Assembly: GCA_964633225.1 (NCBI GenBank) | Contig: CAZWFQ010000001.1 | Location: 137,477-201,476, forward strand | Direction: 5' to 3' | Length of the DNA: 64,000 bases | Source of the DNA: an uncultured Anaerolineaceae bacterium | GTDB taxonomy: Bacteria > Chloroflexota > Anaerolineae > Anaerolineales > UBA4823 | In this document: positions 42,102-51,663 of the stretch, piece by piece | How the letters are laid out: every line of letters begins with the position of its first letter | Numbering within the stretch: the stretch's first letter is position 1 | Notes under the pieces: generated by a model | Told to the model about the DNA's origin: nothing | Database searches by the model: none | Seen by the model: only the letters and a program-made list of their open reading frames with translations | Position numbers and translations under genes: made by a program

Positions 42102-44363
42102 TCAGTGATTGTCCTTGAGATGCAGCGGCAGCACCACGTGGAACTGGCTGCCGGGACATTTGTCTTCGTCGTGGCCCGGGCTTTCAGCCCAGATCTTGCC
42201 CCGGTGAGCCTCCACAATGCCCCTGGCAATTGCCAGGCCAAGGCCTGGGCCGGCCCCCTTGAATTTGGTGCGCCCGCTGGAATGCAGGGCCAGTTCTCCA
42301 GTTTGGTAGAACTTGGTGAAGACCAGGTCCAGGTATTCGGCAGCGATCCCAATCCCCGTATCCGCCACAATCACCTCAACGCCGCCATTAGGCAGGTTCA
42401 TCTGACCAGGTGAGACAGCAATCCCCGTGATATTGATCTTCCCGCCGTCGGGGGTATATTTGATGGCGTTGATCACCACGTGGTAAAAAACCTTCTTCAA
42501 AGCCTCAGGGTCGCCCTCAATCTCTGGCAGGTCACGCAGTCCTTCAGCTTCCAGGATCAGGTGACGCTCTTCGATCGACTCTTTGAAGCCGCTGATTACC
42601 ATGTGGATGAGCATATGGATCGAAACTGGCTCCACCTTCAATTCCAGAGAGCGCGTGTCGATGCTGGCAATATCGAGCATGCTGTTGACGATCTCGTGCA
42701 AGCGCATAATGCCCGAATAGATTCCGTTGATCAGTTTTGAATGGAAGGCATTCCCACTGATGGTAGGATCTTCCAGCAGCATCTCGTTGTAGCCCCGCAT
42801 CACGGTCAGGGGGGTGCGCAGTTCGTGCGAGGCCACGCTGATAAAATCCGATTTTGTGCGGTCAAGATTCTCTAACTGCACATTGACCTGCTTCAAGTGG
42901 CGGTTGGCCTGCTCCATGGCAGCATAGGCGCGCCGGAAATCATTGTTCAGCCGCATCAGGCTTTCCACCAGGCGGGCGTTCTGCAAGGCCACGGCGGTCT
43001 GGTCAGCCAGGATGGCAAGCAGGGTCAAGTCGTCATCAAAGTAAGGCAGGCCTGAGAGCTTTGGGCCGAGGGCGATCAATCCCACCCAATCGTCTTTGGT
43101 GTAGATGGGCATATAAACGTCAACGCCCAGGCTTGCCAGCCAGCTTTGTTCTTCTGCTGGCGCAAGCTGGAAGCGCGGCTCCAACTCGATATCCGTCTGG
43201 CGCAGAGGTTTGCGGTCTTGGCGGAAATAGGTGGCGATAGGCCCATTTGCCGTTAAGAGGCAGGGCTCAGGCTGGTCCTTTCCCATCCCCTTGGCGCCGC
43301 GTAGCCGGTAGTTCCCGCCGCTGTCTTCGGGCTCATAATCCACCAGGAATAGATAACCGCGCTGGATCTCAATGGCTTCGCTGATCAGCCCCACCGCAAC
43401 CGTAGCCAACAACTCAGGGTCAAGGATATTACTGATGCTCTGGCTGTATTCGCGCAAGATGCGGTTTGGGTCGTACCCTTTGGTAGGCAGGATGCGCTGA
43501 ACGATCTTCTGCGATAAAAGCCCTAGCGGGACCAGCAGTGCCGCCAGGAAGACGGCTACTACGGCCCCTGCCAGGATGGGGTTGTAATCCTGGCGAAAGC
43601 GCTCAAAAATGGGCGGAACCAGCAGCAAACCGGCCAGCAGCACAATTGCCGTCAGGGTGAACATCACCATATAATTCAGTGCCTGGCGTTCTACCCGGCG
43701 GATATCTGGCATGTAGGGACGGACGACGATCGCAGCCACCAAAAGCATCCCTGGCCAGCGCAGAACCCCCCCCCAAGAGTCCAGGCTTACCCAAAAGAGA
43801 ATATCACTGCCCGCAATGATCGCCAGGGCCAGAGACCAGTAATGGGCCCGGTTTTTGACGATCGGCGCCACTGGCTTACGAGAGACGTACACCAGCATGC
43901 CGGCAATGCCAATCAAGAAGCAGGCCCAACCGATCAGCATGATCGCCAGCGTCAGCGTCTGGCGGGTGATGACCCAATCGGTGGCTTGCAACAGCACCTC
44001 GCGCAGGCGGATCAGGTTGAACCCTATAACAACCAGGGCCGCGATCCACACCACGCTCAACACATTAACCAGCCAGGGGCGCCCCAATTTGAACTGCAGC
44101 ACCATGCGCGACAACAAATAAAAGATAATGGTCAGCAGGATGATGCACAGCCATTCAATCGGTTGTATCAGTTCATTGGTCAGCCAGCCAAAGTTATGGG
44201 CCAGTGGCAGCAGGCTGGTCACCATACCAAGCACCAAGAATAGTGCCAGGAGGCGCTGCTTATTCTCCCGCAGGCCGGTCATCTTGATTGCCACCCCCAG
44301 GGTGATGATGTACAAGAGTGCGCCAGCTACGGCAAGGATATCGGTGAATTGAATAGGCATCAT
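42102..44363 (-). CDS. Sensor histidine kinase with a large polytopic N-terminal domain, GAF domain, HisKA and HATPase_c
   Basis: 753 aa with about 9 TM helices. H-box SHELRTPL, G1 DTGIGI, G2 GAGPGLGLAI. No response regulator is adjacent. Confidence 0.9.
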   Translation of the reverse strand: MMPIQFTDILAVAGALLYIITLGVAIKMTGLRENKQRLLALFLVLGMVTSLLPLAHNFGWLTNELIQPIEWLCIILLTIIFYLLSRMVLQFKLGRPWLVNVLSVVWIAALVVIGFNLIRLREVLLQATDWVITRQTLTLAIMLIGWACFLIGIAGMLVYVSRKPVAPIVKNRAHYWSLALAIIAGSDILFWVSLDSWGGVLRWPGMLLVAAIVVRPYMPDIRRVERQALNYMVMFTLTAIVLLAGLLLVPPIFERFRQDYNPILAGAVVAVFLAALLVPLGLLSQKIVQRILPTKGYDPNRILREYSQSISNILDPELLATVAVGLISEAIEIQRGYLFLVDYEPEDSGGNYRLRGAKGMGKDQPEPCLLTANGPIATYFRQDRKPLRQTDIELEPRFQLAPAEEQSWLASLGVDVYMPIYTKDDWVGLIALGPKLSGLPYFDDDLTLLAILADQTAVALQNARLVESLMRLNNDFRRAYAAMEQANRHLKQVNVQLENLDRTKSDFISVASHELRTPLTVMRGYNEMLLEDPTISGNAFHSKLINGIYSGIMRLHEIVNSMLDIASIDTRSLELKVEPVSIHMLIHMVISGFKESIEERHLILEAEGLRDLPEIEGDPEALKKVFYHVVINAIKYTPDGGKINITGIAVSPGQMNLPNGGVEVIVADTGIGIAAEYLDLVFTKFYQTGELALHSSGRTKFKGAGPGLGLAIARGIVEAHRGKIWAESPGHDEDKCPGSQFHVVLPLHLKDNH
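43766..43774 (-). repeat. Homopolymeric G9 (C9 on the plus strand) inside the histidine kinase membrane domain
   Basis: The plus strand reads AACCCCCCCCCAAG, encoding ...SWGGV... on the minus strand. It is the longest G/C run I noticed in the window. Confidence 0.9.
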
Positions 44364-44365
44364 AA

Positions 44366-46858
44366 TTATCCATCAATTGGCGGCTGCTGCCGCAGCGGCA
44401 GGGTGATGTGAAAATGGCTGCCTGGGCATTTTACTTCGTCGTAGCCGGGGCTTTCAACCCATACTTGCCCGCCGTGTGCTTCAACAATACCCAACGCAAT
44501 CGCCAATCCCAACCCTGGTCCACCGCCTTTGAATTTGGTCTTTCCTGTTGAGTGAAGTGCCACCTCACCCGTTTGGAAAAATTTTCGAAAGATCAGCTCG
44601 TTGACCTGGGGGTCTATCCCAATGCCAGTATCGCTGACAACGATCTCTACCCCGCCATCAGCCATCTTGGTTTTACCAGGCGCCAGGGCCTGGCCTGAAA
44701 TTGTGATCTTGCCACCGTCTGGGGTGTATTTTATCGCATTTGTGAGCAAATGGTTAAAGACTTTGCGCAAGGCTTCTGCATCTGCCTCGATGGCTGGTAA
44801 ACCGCGCAGGGATGGTTCAAGATGCAGGCTCTGCTTACGCTCGGTAAGGGCGTTCTTGAGCCCACTGCTTGCCAGCTCAATCAAAGAGGCCAACGAGATC
44901 GGTTCAGGATACAGCCTCAGCTCGCGGTTATCGATCTTGGCCACATCCAGCAGGCTTTCAACGATCTCGTTCAGTCGGTTAGCTCCCGTTTCAATGCCTT
45001 TGAGCAGTGAGAGGTGCTGTTGGTTGCTCTGCAGGCCCGGATCTTCCAACAACATCTGGAGATACCCGTGTAAGACTGTAATCGGCGTACGGAACTCGTG
45101 TGATGCAATGCTGATAAAGTCTGACTTAGCCCGATCCAGGCGTTCCAGGTGGTTGTATGCTGTTTGCAGGGCTTCTGTGCGTTGGTGTACCAGGGATTCT
45201 AGATCCTGGTTGAAGCGTGTGATTTGATTATACAGGCGGGCATTGTTGAGCGCGATCGCCGCCTGGCCTGCAAAGGCCGCTGCCAGCGATACCTCGTCAG
45301 ATGTATAGGCCTCAGGCGTCTGGCGGGTAAGCGAGAGCATGCCAAACACCTCTCCGCGGTGGATCAGGGGGACGCCCAGCCATGCCCTGGCCTGCGGCAG
45401 GTTGTTCACTTGCTGCCAATCGGGGCGTTCCAATACGTCTGCGATGGGCAGGGGCCTCTGCGTGGATGCGATTTCATTAAACACATCGTTCTCGTGGATG
45501 GGTACACGGATGTTTGTGTAGTCAGGCGGGAAGCCGCGCGCCGCGGCAATCTCCAGTTCCTCGCCGCTGCGCAGCATCACCGCGGCCCGGTGATACGAGA
45601 CGATCTCGCTGATGTGTTCCAGGATCTGCTTCAGTACTTCGGCCGGGTCCAGCGAGCCTGATAGGGTGCGTGCTGTATCGTAAAGCGTTTCCACCAGGCG
45701 GCGGCGGTCTTTTTCACTTTCGTACAGAGAAGCGTTCTGGATTGCCGTTGCCACCTGGTCAGCCAGCAGTTGCAAGAAGGGCACATCGTCTTCTCGAAAT
45801 GCCGCCACTTGTTCGCTTTCCATATCCAGCACCCCCAGGATGGTATGCCCCATCTCCAGCGGCAGGGCCAGCTCGGCGCGTGCTTTAGGGATCAACTCGG
45901 TGAACATGTAGCGCGGGTCTTGGGATACATCTTCCACGCAGGCCGGGCGGCGGTGAGCGGCCACCCAGCCGACAATACTCTGTTCACTCACCGTCAGGCA
46001 GAAATCTTGCTGCAGCAAGATCCGGCTGTTTGCCCCGCTGGCGGCCCGTAAGTCCAGCCGGTCGCTGCCAGGCTCAAGCAGGAAAATGCCCACAAAATAG
46101 CAGTTAAACCGCAATTGGATCAATTCGGTCACCTGGTGCAGCAGTGTATCCAGGTCTAGGATTGACGTGATCCGCTGCCCAACCGCCATGCTGGTTGCCA
46201 GCGAGCGCTGTGCATCCTCGGTCGTCCGCAGCACGCCCTCCAACTCTGTCTTGCGGCGCTGATCGAGAAGGCGCAGGGTCTCCAAGTTGTTCAGGGTGCG
46301 CAGCCGGGCTGTGTGGACTACTGCGGACAAGATGCTGCCTGAAAACAATGCAAAACCAAAGTGTAGCCATTCGGGGAATTCGGGCAGGCTTAACACGACA
46401 GCCCCCCAGCTTGCAACCGCCACGACGATGGTCAATACCAGCCAGCGCGTTGAGAGGAACAAGAATCCAATCCCCACCACCACCAGGATCAGGTTGGTGG
46501 TTTGCAGGGGCTGGCGCGTCAAATATAGGTGCATCAGCGCATTGAACAACACCAACATGCTGATCCCAAAGCCCAACGGGTGGGCATACCGCGCTGCGAC
46601 CGGGGCGCGCTTCAGTTGCAGGTAAAGGATAAAGAAGACGATTGCTGTCAGGCTGGCCAGGGTTCCCATAATGCGGGCAACGGCAGGCTCTAAGACCAAG
46701 AAATGGGCCAGGGCAAAGATAACAAACAAAACCCCCAGCGCAGCCGTAACCGGTGGCAAGCTGCTACCGAAATAGCTGTCCAGCGCTAGGCGTAATGCAG
46801 CCTTTTCCTCGCCAGGCGTTGAGGGAATTGGGCGTTCCGCTGTGGTATTGTCGCTCAT
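44366..46858 (-). CDS. Sensor histidine kinase with a polytopic N-terminal domain, two GAF-like domains, HisKA and HATPase_c
   Basis: 830 aa. H-box SHEFRTPI, DTGIGI, GGGPGLGLAI. The transmitter half is clearly paralogous to the downstream kinase. There is a 2-nt gap to it. Confidence 0.9.
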   Translation of the reverse strand: MSDNTTAERPIPSTPGEEKAALRLALDSYFGSSLPPVTAALGVLFVIFALAHFLVLEPAVARIMGTLASLTAIVFFILYLQLKRAPVAARYAHPLGFGISMLVLFNALMHLYLTRQPLQTTNLILVVVGIGFLFLSTRWLVLTIVVAVASWGAVVLSLPEFPEWLHFGFALFSGSILSAVVHTARLRTLNNLETLRLLDQRRKTELEGVLRTTEDAQRSLATSMAVGQRITSILDLDTLLHQVTELIQLRFNCYFVGIFLLEPGSDRLDLRAASGANSRILLQQDFCLTVSEQSIVGWVAAHRRPACVEDVSQDPRYMFTELIPKARAELALPLEMGHTILGVLDMESEQVAAFREDDVPFLQLLADQVATAIQNASLYESEKDRRRLVETLYDTARTLSGSLDPAEVLKQILEHISEIVSYHRAAVMLRSGEELEIAAARGFPPDYTNIRVPIHENDVFNEIASTQRPLPIADVLERPDWQQVNNLPQARAWLGVPLIHRGEVFGMLSLTRQTPEAYTSDEVSLAAAFAGQAAIALNNARLYNQITRFNQDLESLVHQRTEALQTAYNHLERLDRAKSDFISIASHEFRTPITVLHGYLQMLLEDPGLQSNQQHLSLLKGIETGANRLNEIVESLLDVAKIDNRELRLYPEPISLASLIELASSGLKNALTERKQSLHLEPSLRGLPAIEADAEALRKVFNHLLTNAIKYTPDGGKITISGQALAPGKTKMADGGVEIVVSDTGIGIDPQVNELIFRKFFQTGEVALHSTGKTKFKGGGPGLGLAIALGIVEAHGGQVWVESPGYDEVKCPGSHFHITLPLRQQPPIDG

Positions 46859-46906
46859 AGCCCTGCTCTCCCCCTATTATATCCTGTAACCTTTTATTAC
46901 AGGCAC

Positions 46907-47953
46907 TTACCGGGGCACCTCAGTCAAAGGCCAGTTCGGCAGCACATCCATATCCAGCCCATCTCGCTGCCCCGCCAAGAAACGATGGTGCCCTGCCGCT
47001 GCGGCCATGGCTGCGTTATCTGTACACAGCCACAATGGCGGGATGTAGAGGGGGATGTTAGCCCGCATTTGCGCCGATTGGCGCAAGGCCGCGTTGGCCG
47101 ACACGCCCCCCGCGATCAAGATTGCCCGCGCCCCATACTCCGCTGCTGCTCGCATCGTCTTGCTGATCAGCACATCCACCACGGCCGCCTGGAAGCTCGC
47201 CGCCAGGTCAGCCACCGGCAGGGGATTGGCCACCCCTTCAAGGGCGCGCACCTCGCGTAGTACGGCTGTCTTCAGCCCGCTGAACGAGAAATCCCAACGA
47301 TTATCCAGCCAGGCTCGCGGAAAGTTGAAGGCCAGGGGATTGCCGCCTTTGGCGGCTTCTTGGATTGCCGGGCCGCCTGGGTAACTCAGGCTCAGCAGCC
47401 GTGCCACTTTATCAAAGGCTTCCCCAGCCGCGTCATCCAGCGTCGCTCCCAGCCGTTGGTAGCGCAGGTGCTCTGTCATCAGGACCAGCTCAGTGTGCCC
47501 GCCTGAAACGATCAGTGCCACCAATGGGAATTCCGGCGCCGGGCCGCCTTCAGCCTCTGCCGGGTGCAGCCAGGCCGAGTACAGGTGCCCCTCCAGGTGG
47601 TTGATGCCTACTAGCGGCAGCCCGCTCCCCAGCGCCAGCCCCTTTGCCATGTTCATCCCGATCACCAGCGAACCGGGTAGGCCCGGCCCGCGCGTGATGG
47701 CAATGGCATCCACATCGCCCAGCGCCAGGTGTGCCTGCTGTAAGGCCTGTTCAATGATTGGGTAAACGGCCCGGATGTGCTGGCGCGATGCCACCTCTGG
47801 GAAGATCCCGCCAAACTGGGCGTGCAGGTCCACTTGCGAGGCCACCACGTTCGAAAGGATGCGCCGGCCGTCTTCTACCACTGCTGCCGCCGTCTCATCG
47901 CAGGATGATTCAATCCCCAGCATTCTTACCGGAGTAGATGTTTGATCGGTCAT
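46907..47953 (-). CDS. tsaD: tRNA N6-adenosine threonylcarbamoyltransferase
   Basis: GIESSCDETAAAV, HLEGH, GGVSAN. The start is uncertain: ATG at 47980, 47953 or 47923. The homologous N-terminus begins near MLGIESS. Confidence 0.9.
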   Translation of the reverse strand: MTDQTSTPVRMLGIESSCDETAAAVVEDGRRILSNVVASQVDLHAQFGGIFPEVASRQHIRAVYPIIEQALQQAHLALGDVDAIAITRGPGLPGSLVIGMNMAKGLALGSGLPLVGINHLEGHLYSAWLHPAEAEGGPAPEFPLVALIVSGGHTELVLMTEHLRYQRLGATLDDAAGEAFDKVARLLSLSYPGGPAIQEAAKGGNPLAFNFPRAWLDNRWDFSFSGLKTAVLREVRALEGVANPLPVADLAASFQAAVVDVLISKTMRAAAEYGARAILIAGGVSANAALRQSAQMRANIPLYIPPLWLCTDNAAMAAAAGHHRFLAGQRDGLDMDVLPNWPLTEVPR

Positions 47954-47979
47954 TAAGAAAGATGTGTCCTGTACATACA

Positions 47980-49245
47980 TTAAGATCTTGCAACCTGGCG
48001 CCGAGGTCGCGGCGGCCGCATCGGCAGCACCAACTGCATCGGATAGGGTGCAAAGACTTCAAATTTGCCCTCTGCCGTCAGGGTGTAGGTATCCTCTAAG
48101 CGCACGCCCAGGCCGCGCTCGGGGTAGTACAGGCCCGGCTCGATCGTGAACACCACCCCTGGCTCCAGCACATCTGTGCTGCTCGCATTTGCTCCGAACC
48201 AGGGGCGCTCGTGGACGTGCAGTCCCACCCCATGCCCCAGGCTGTGCACGTAGCCAGACTGTGTTTGCGGGTCTGTCTTAATGGTGGGGTGACCCTGCGC
48301 CTCGAACAGCTCGCAAGTCCGCTGCTGGTAATGTTTGCCGGGCATTCCGGGTTTCAATTCGCTGGTCACCTGGTTGTATACACTGAATACATTCTCGTAC
48401 AACGCCAGGGCTTCATCCGTGGCATAGCCCAGGCTCCAGGTACGTGTGAAGTCGTAGAAATAGCCTCCACCTGCCTCGCAGGGGAAAATATCGTAGACGA
48501 TCGTCTGCCCCAGCCGCAGCGCATCGCCGTTAGCGCCCGATGAATGCGGCACACCTGCATCCCGCCCGATGGCGAAGATGGTGCCTTCGGGGTTTTCGGC
48601 CCCGCGCTCTGCCAACCACAAGTTGATGCGCGCCTTCACTTCTCCGATGGTCAGCGGTGAGCCGTCTCGCTTGACCACTACTTCATTTTTTACGTTGTGG
48701 TGGGTAATGAAAGACGCCGTCTCAGCCACCACCTGCGTGGTCACCTTGCCCATCCGGCGGATGCGCTCCAACTCGGCGCTGTCTTTGGTTGCCATGGCTT
48801 CTAACAACACCGGGTCTGTGATCTCGCCCACCACCTCCAGGCCTGGCATGGCCGCTTGCAAGGCGTTGAACAGGGCAAAGGTCGGGCCCACTTCCACCTG
48901 GCCGTACAGGCCCAGCCGCCCCTTGGTGAAGCCATAATCGGTCAGCATGCGTTGGTAGCGCGCCACGCTGGCCTTGAGCATGTCGCCCCTGGTTTCTTTG
49001 AACAGCTCGTGCATCTTATAATCTGCAAGGTTCTTGGTGTGCAGCCCGGTCTTTGATGCTTCGTCCCGTTCCATCGGATAGTGGAAGAGCAGAGGGTCTG
49101 CCCCGCGTTTTTTGATCAAGTCGCCGCCTGTCAGGTGCCCGCCGCCGGTCATGTAATACATGGCGGGGTTGTGCTGGGCTGGTCCTGTCACCAGGATGGC
49201 GTCTAAGTGATGGGTTTCGAGTAGAGAGTCCAGGTGCTTCTTCAC
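47980..49245 (-). CDS. M24-family Xaa-Pro aminopeptidase/dipeptidase
   Basis: 421 aa. Pita-bread-fold metal ligand blocks VYDIFP, HSLGHGVGLHVHE, FTIEPGLY, RLEDT. Confidence 0.85.
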   Translation of the reverse strand: MKKHLDSLLETHHLDAILVTGPAQHNPAMYYMTGGGHLTGGDLIKKRGADPLLFHYPMERDEASKTGLHTKNLADYKMHELFKETRGDMLKASVARYQRMLTDYGFTKGRLGLYGQVEVGPTFALFNALQAAMPGLEVVGEITDPVLLEAMATKDSAELERIRRMGKVTTQVVAETASFITHHNVKNEVVVKRDGSPLTIGEVKARINLWLAERGAENPEGTIFAIGRDAGVPHSSGANGDALRLGQTIVYDIFPCEAGGGYFYDFTRTWSLGYATDEALALYENVFSVYNQVTSELKPGMPGKHYQQRTCELFEAQGHPTIKTDPQTQSGYVHSLGHGVGLHVHERPWFGANASSTDVLEPGVVFTIEPGLYYPERGLGVRLEDTYTLTAEGKFEVFAPYPMQLVLPMRPPRPRRQVARS

Positions 49246-49258
49246 GGGTCACTATCCT

Positions 49259-49891
49259 TTAAAATTTCAATGATTTGATCGTTGGGTCATTCAGCAGGGC
49301 GGTGGTTAGTGCGTCGTGGTTTGCCGGAGAGCCGAAGGCTTCCCAGGTGCAAGACAGCTCAGCCCCTGTCTTTTCTTGCTTATGATTTTTTACCCGCAGA
49401 TGGTGCGTGGAGAACAGCGCATCAACCTGGCGGAATTTTTGCATATCGAATGCAAAGCTCATCTCGTAACAGCGTTCTTCGCGCACCCGGTCGATCATTA
49501 TCTCGATATACGGGAAGAACCACAGCACCACCATCATGATCGCCGCCGCAAAGATCGCCAGCGCATACTGGCCTACCCCCACCCCCATCCCAATCGCCGC
49601 CGTCAGCCAGATGATGGCAGCTGTGGTCAGGCCGATCACGCGGCCTCCGTCTCGCAGCAGCACCCCTGCCCCTAAAAAGCCCACCCCCGTCACCACATTG
49701 GCGGCCACGCGCCCGGGGTCTTTATCCCCGGCGATGATGGAAGAAAAGATGGTGTACAGCGCCGCGCCCACGCAGATGAAAATGATCGTCCGGAAGCCCG
49801 CCGCCTTATCCCGGTATTCGCGCTCCAGCCCGATCAGCCCGCCCAACACCAATGCCAGTAACAATTTTAAAACATCTTCTGTTGCTAACAT
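49259..49891 (-). CDS. MgtC/SapB-family membrane protein
   Basis: 210 aa. GLEREYRDKAAGFRT and four TM helices, with a C-terminal ACT-like soluble domain. Confidence 0.85.
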   Translation of the reverse strand: MLATEDVLKLLLALVLGGLIGLEREYRDKAAGFRTIIFICVGAALYTIFSSIIAGDKDPGRVAANVVTGVGFLGAGVLLRDGGRVIGLTTAAIIWLTAAIGMGVGVGQYALAIFAAAIMMVVLWFFPYIEIMIDRVREERCYEMSFAFDMQKFRQVDALFSTHHLRVKNHKQEKTGAELSCTWEAFGSPANHDALTTALLNDPTIKSLKF

Positions 49892-49903
49892 ATCCTCATC
49901 ACC

Positions 49904-51262
49904 TTATAGCACCCGTCTCACGGCTTCAACTAACATATTATCCTGCTCAGCCAGCACCGTGCGGGGGTCAAAATACACCAGATCGGCTTCCAGCCTTGCA
50001 ATCACTGGCACTGCCAGCCGCCGTAGCCGTTCCATTACCCGGTTCGGTGAGCCCACCTCCAGCGCCAGCACAAAAGTCGGCAGGGTCTCTTCGGGCAGCG
50101 AGCCGCCCCCCACAGTCGATAGGGCCGGCATCACCTGCCCTTGGCCCAGCGCATTCGCCCAGGCCTGGGCCCGCTCTTTCAGCGCTTCTGGCCTGGCTGC
50201 CATCATCCGCCAGATTGGGATCTTAGCCTCAGCTTCATCTTTCAAATAGTGCAGCAGGGTCGCTGAGAGCGCTGCCAGGCACAGCTTATCTGCCCGCACC
50301 GCCCGCGCCAGGGGATGTTTCTTTAATTTGGTCACCAGGTCTTTGCGCCCCACCAGGATCCCCGCCTGTGGTCCCCCCAACAGCTTATCCCCCGAAAAGC
50401 ACACCAGGTCTGCCCCTGCCGCCAGCGATTCGGAGATCGTCGGTTCGTGCGGCAGGCCGTAGTGGGCTGTGTCGATAAAGGTGCCTGAGCCCAGGTCATC
50501 CAACAACGGCAACCCATGTTCGTGTGCCACTTGCGCCATCTCGCTCAGCGTAGGCTCTGCTGTGAAGCCTACAATGCGAAAATTGGAGCGGTGCGCCCTC
50601 ATCAAAAGCTTGGGTGATTGCTCTACAATTGCATCGGCATAATCCGCCAGGTGCACCCGGTTGGTTGCCCCAATCTCAACCAGCCTGGCCCCCGATTGCT
50701 TCATCACATCTGGAATGCGGAAACCGCCCCCGATCTCGATCAACTGTGTGCGGGCAATCAGCACCGGCCTGCGCCGCGCCAGGGCCGTCAACGCCAGCAG
50801 TACCGCCGCGGCGTTATTGTTCACCACCAGGGCCGCTTCGGCTCCTGTCAGGCGCTGCAACAGGCGCTCGGCATGCACCAACCGCGAGCCCCGCTGCCCT
50901 CGTTCAAGATCGTATTCCAGGTTGGAATAACCCAGTGAAACCTCTTGCATGGCCCGCATGGCTGCCTGGCTCATCGGCGCTCGCCCCAGGTTGGTGTGCA
51001 AGATCACTCCGGTGGCATTGATCACTGGCATCAATGATGGCGCCGTCCAATCCACCAGCAATTTCTCTGCTCGCGCCAAAAGCGCATCAACCCCCGGCAT
51101 GGTTTTTGGGGGAGCTGCTCGTACCTCATCCAGGCTGGCGCGCACAGCTTGCAATGCCAGCGGTCGCCCATACGCCGTCACCAGCGCACCGGCTTGTTGG
51201 GTTTGCAGCAGCGCGTCTACTGAAGGAAGGCCCCTCAATCCTGTCATGGTTAGTTTTTCCAC
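49904..51262 (-). CDS. selA: L-seryl-tRNA(Sec) selenium transferase
   Basis: 452 aa. N-terminal LPSVDALL and the PLP-lysine block FSGDKLLGGPQAGILVG. The first codon at 51262 is GTG. An ATG at 51247 would remove the 13-nt overlap with the upstream ORF. Confidence 0.9.
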   Translation of the reverse strand: MEKLTMTGLRGLPSVDALLQTQQAGALVTAYGRPLALQAVRASLDEVRAAPPKTMPGVDALLARAEKLLVDWTAPSLMPVINATGVILHTNLGRAPMSQAAMRAMQEVSLGYSNLEYDLERGQRGSRLVHAERLLQRLTGAEAALVVNNNAAAVLLALTALARRRPVLIARTQLIEIGGGFRIPDVMKQSGARLVEIGATNRVHLADYADAIVEQSPKLLMRAHRSNFRIVGFTAEPTLSEMAQVAHEHGLPLLDDLGSGTFIDTAHYGLPHEPTISESLAAGADLVCFSGDKLLGGPQAGILVGRKDLVTKLKKHPLARAVRADKLCLAALSATLLHYLKDEAEAKIPIWRMMAARPEALKERAQAWANALGQGQVMPALSTVGGGSLPEETLPTFVLALEVGSPNRVMERLRRLAVPVIARLEADLVYFDPRTVLAEQDNMLVEAVRRVL

Positions 51263-51636
51263 TGGCTCCGTTCTGACAGTCTGAGCAAGAACTCAATCAG
51301 CACCAGGCCCACTGCCAGTAAGATTGCCAGGGTCAGGTTCAAGGCGCGTCCGATCTGCAGCCAGGCGATGGTTGCCCCGTAGATGCCAGCCCACAGGCTC
51401 TGCCGCACCACCACACCCGGGGTGGGTGGGGGCAGGCTGGGAAAGCGCAGGTTTAAATACGCCGCTGCCGGCAGGGCCAGCCCGGTCAACCCGATCACCA
51501 GCAAGAAGAAGAACAGCCAGCGCGGCCCCACTGTGGGCAGGGTATAAAAAAACAAGATCAACAGGCCCACAATGCCGGTTAATGAAAGCAGGATCGCCGC
51601 TGGTAAGAATGTGCGTACAGGAGGGGAAGAGTTCAT
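51250..51636 (-). CDS. Hypothetical small membrane protein (4 TM)
   Basis: 128 aa and strongly hydrophobic throughout, with no recognisable motif. Confidence 0.55.
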   Translation of the reverse strand: MNSSPPVRTFLPAAILLSLTGIVGLLILFFYTLPTVGPRWLFFFLLVIGLTGLALPAAAYLNLRFPSLPPPTPGVVVRQSLWAGIYGATIAWLQIGRALNLTLAILLAVGLVLIEFLLRLSERSQWKN

Positions 51637-51663
51637 AGGTTTAATTCTATCATATTCATCTAA

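Noticed and set aside
49259-51636. Selenoprotein gene (in-frame TGA) or tRNA-Sec next to selA
   Set aside because: I found no pair of same-frame adjacent ORFs separated by a single TGA. There is also no spacer long enough to hold a tRNA.
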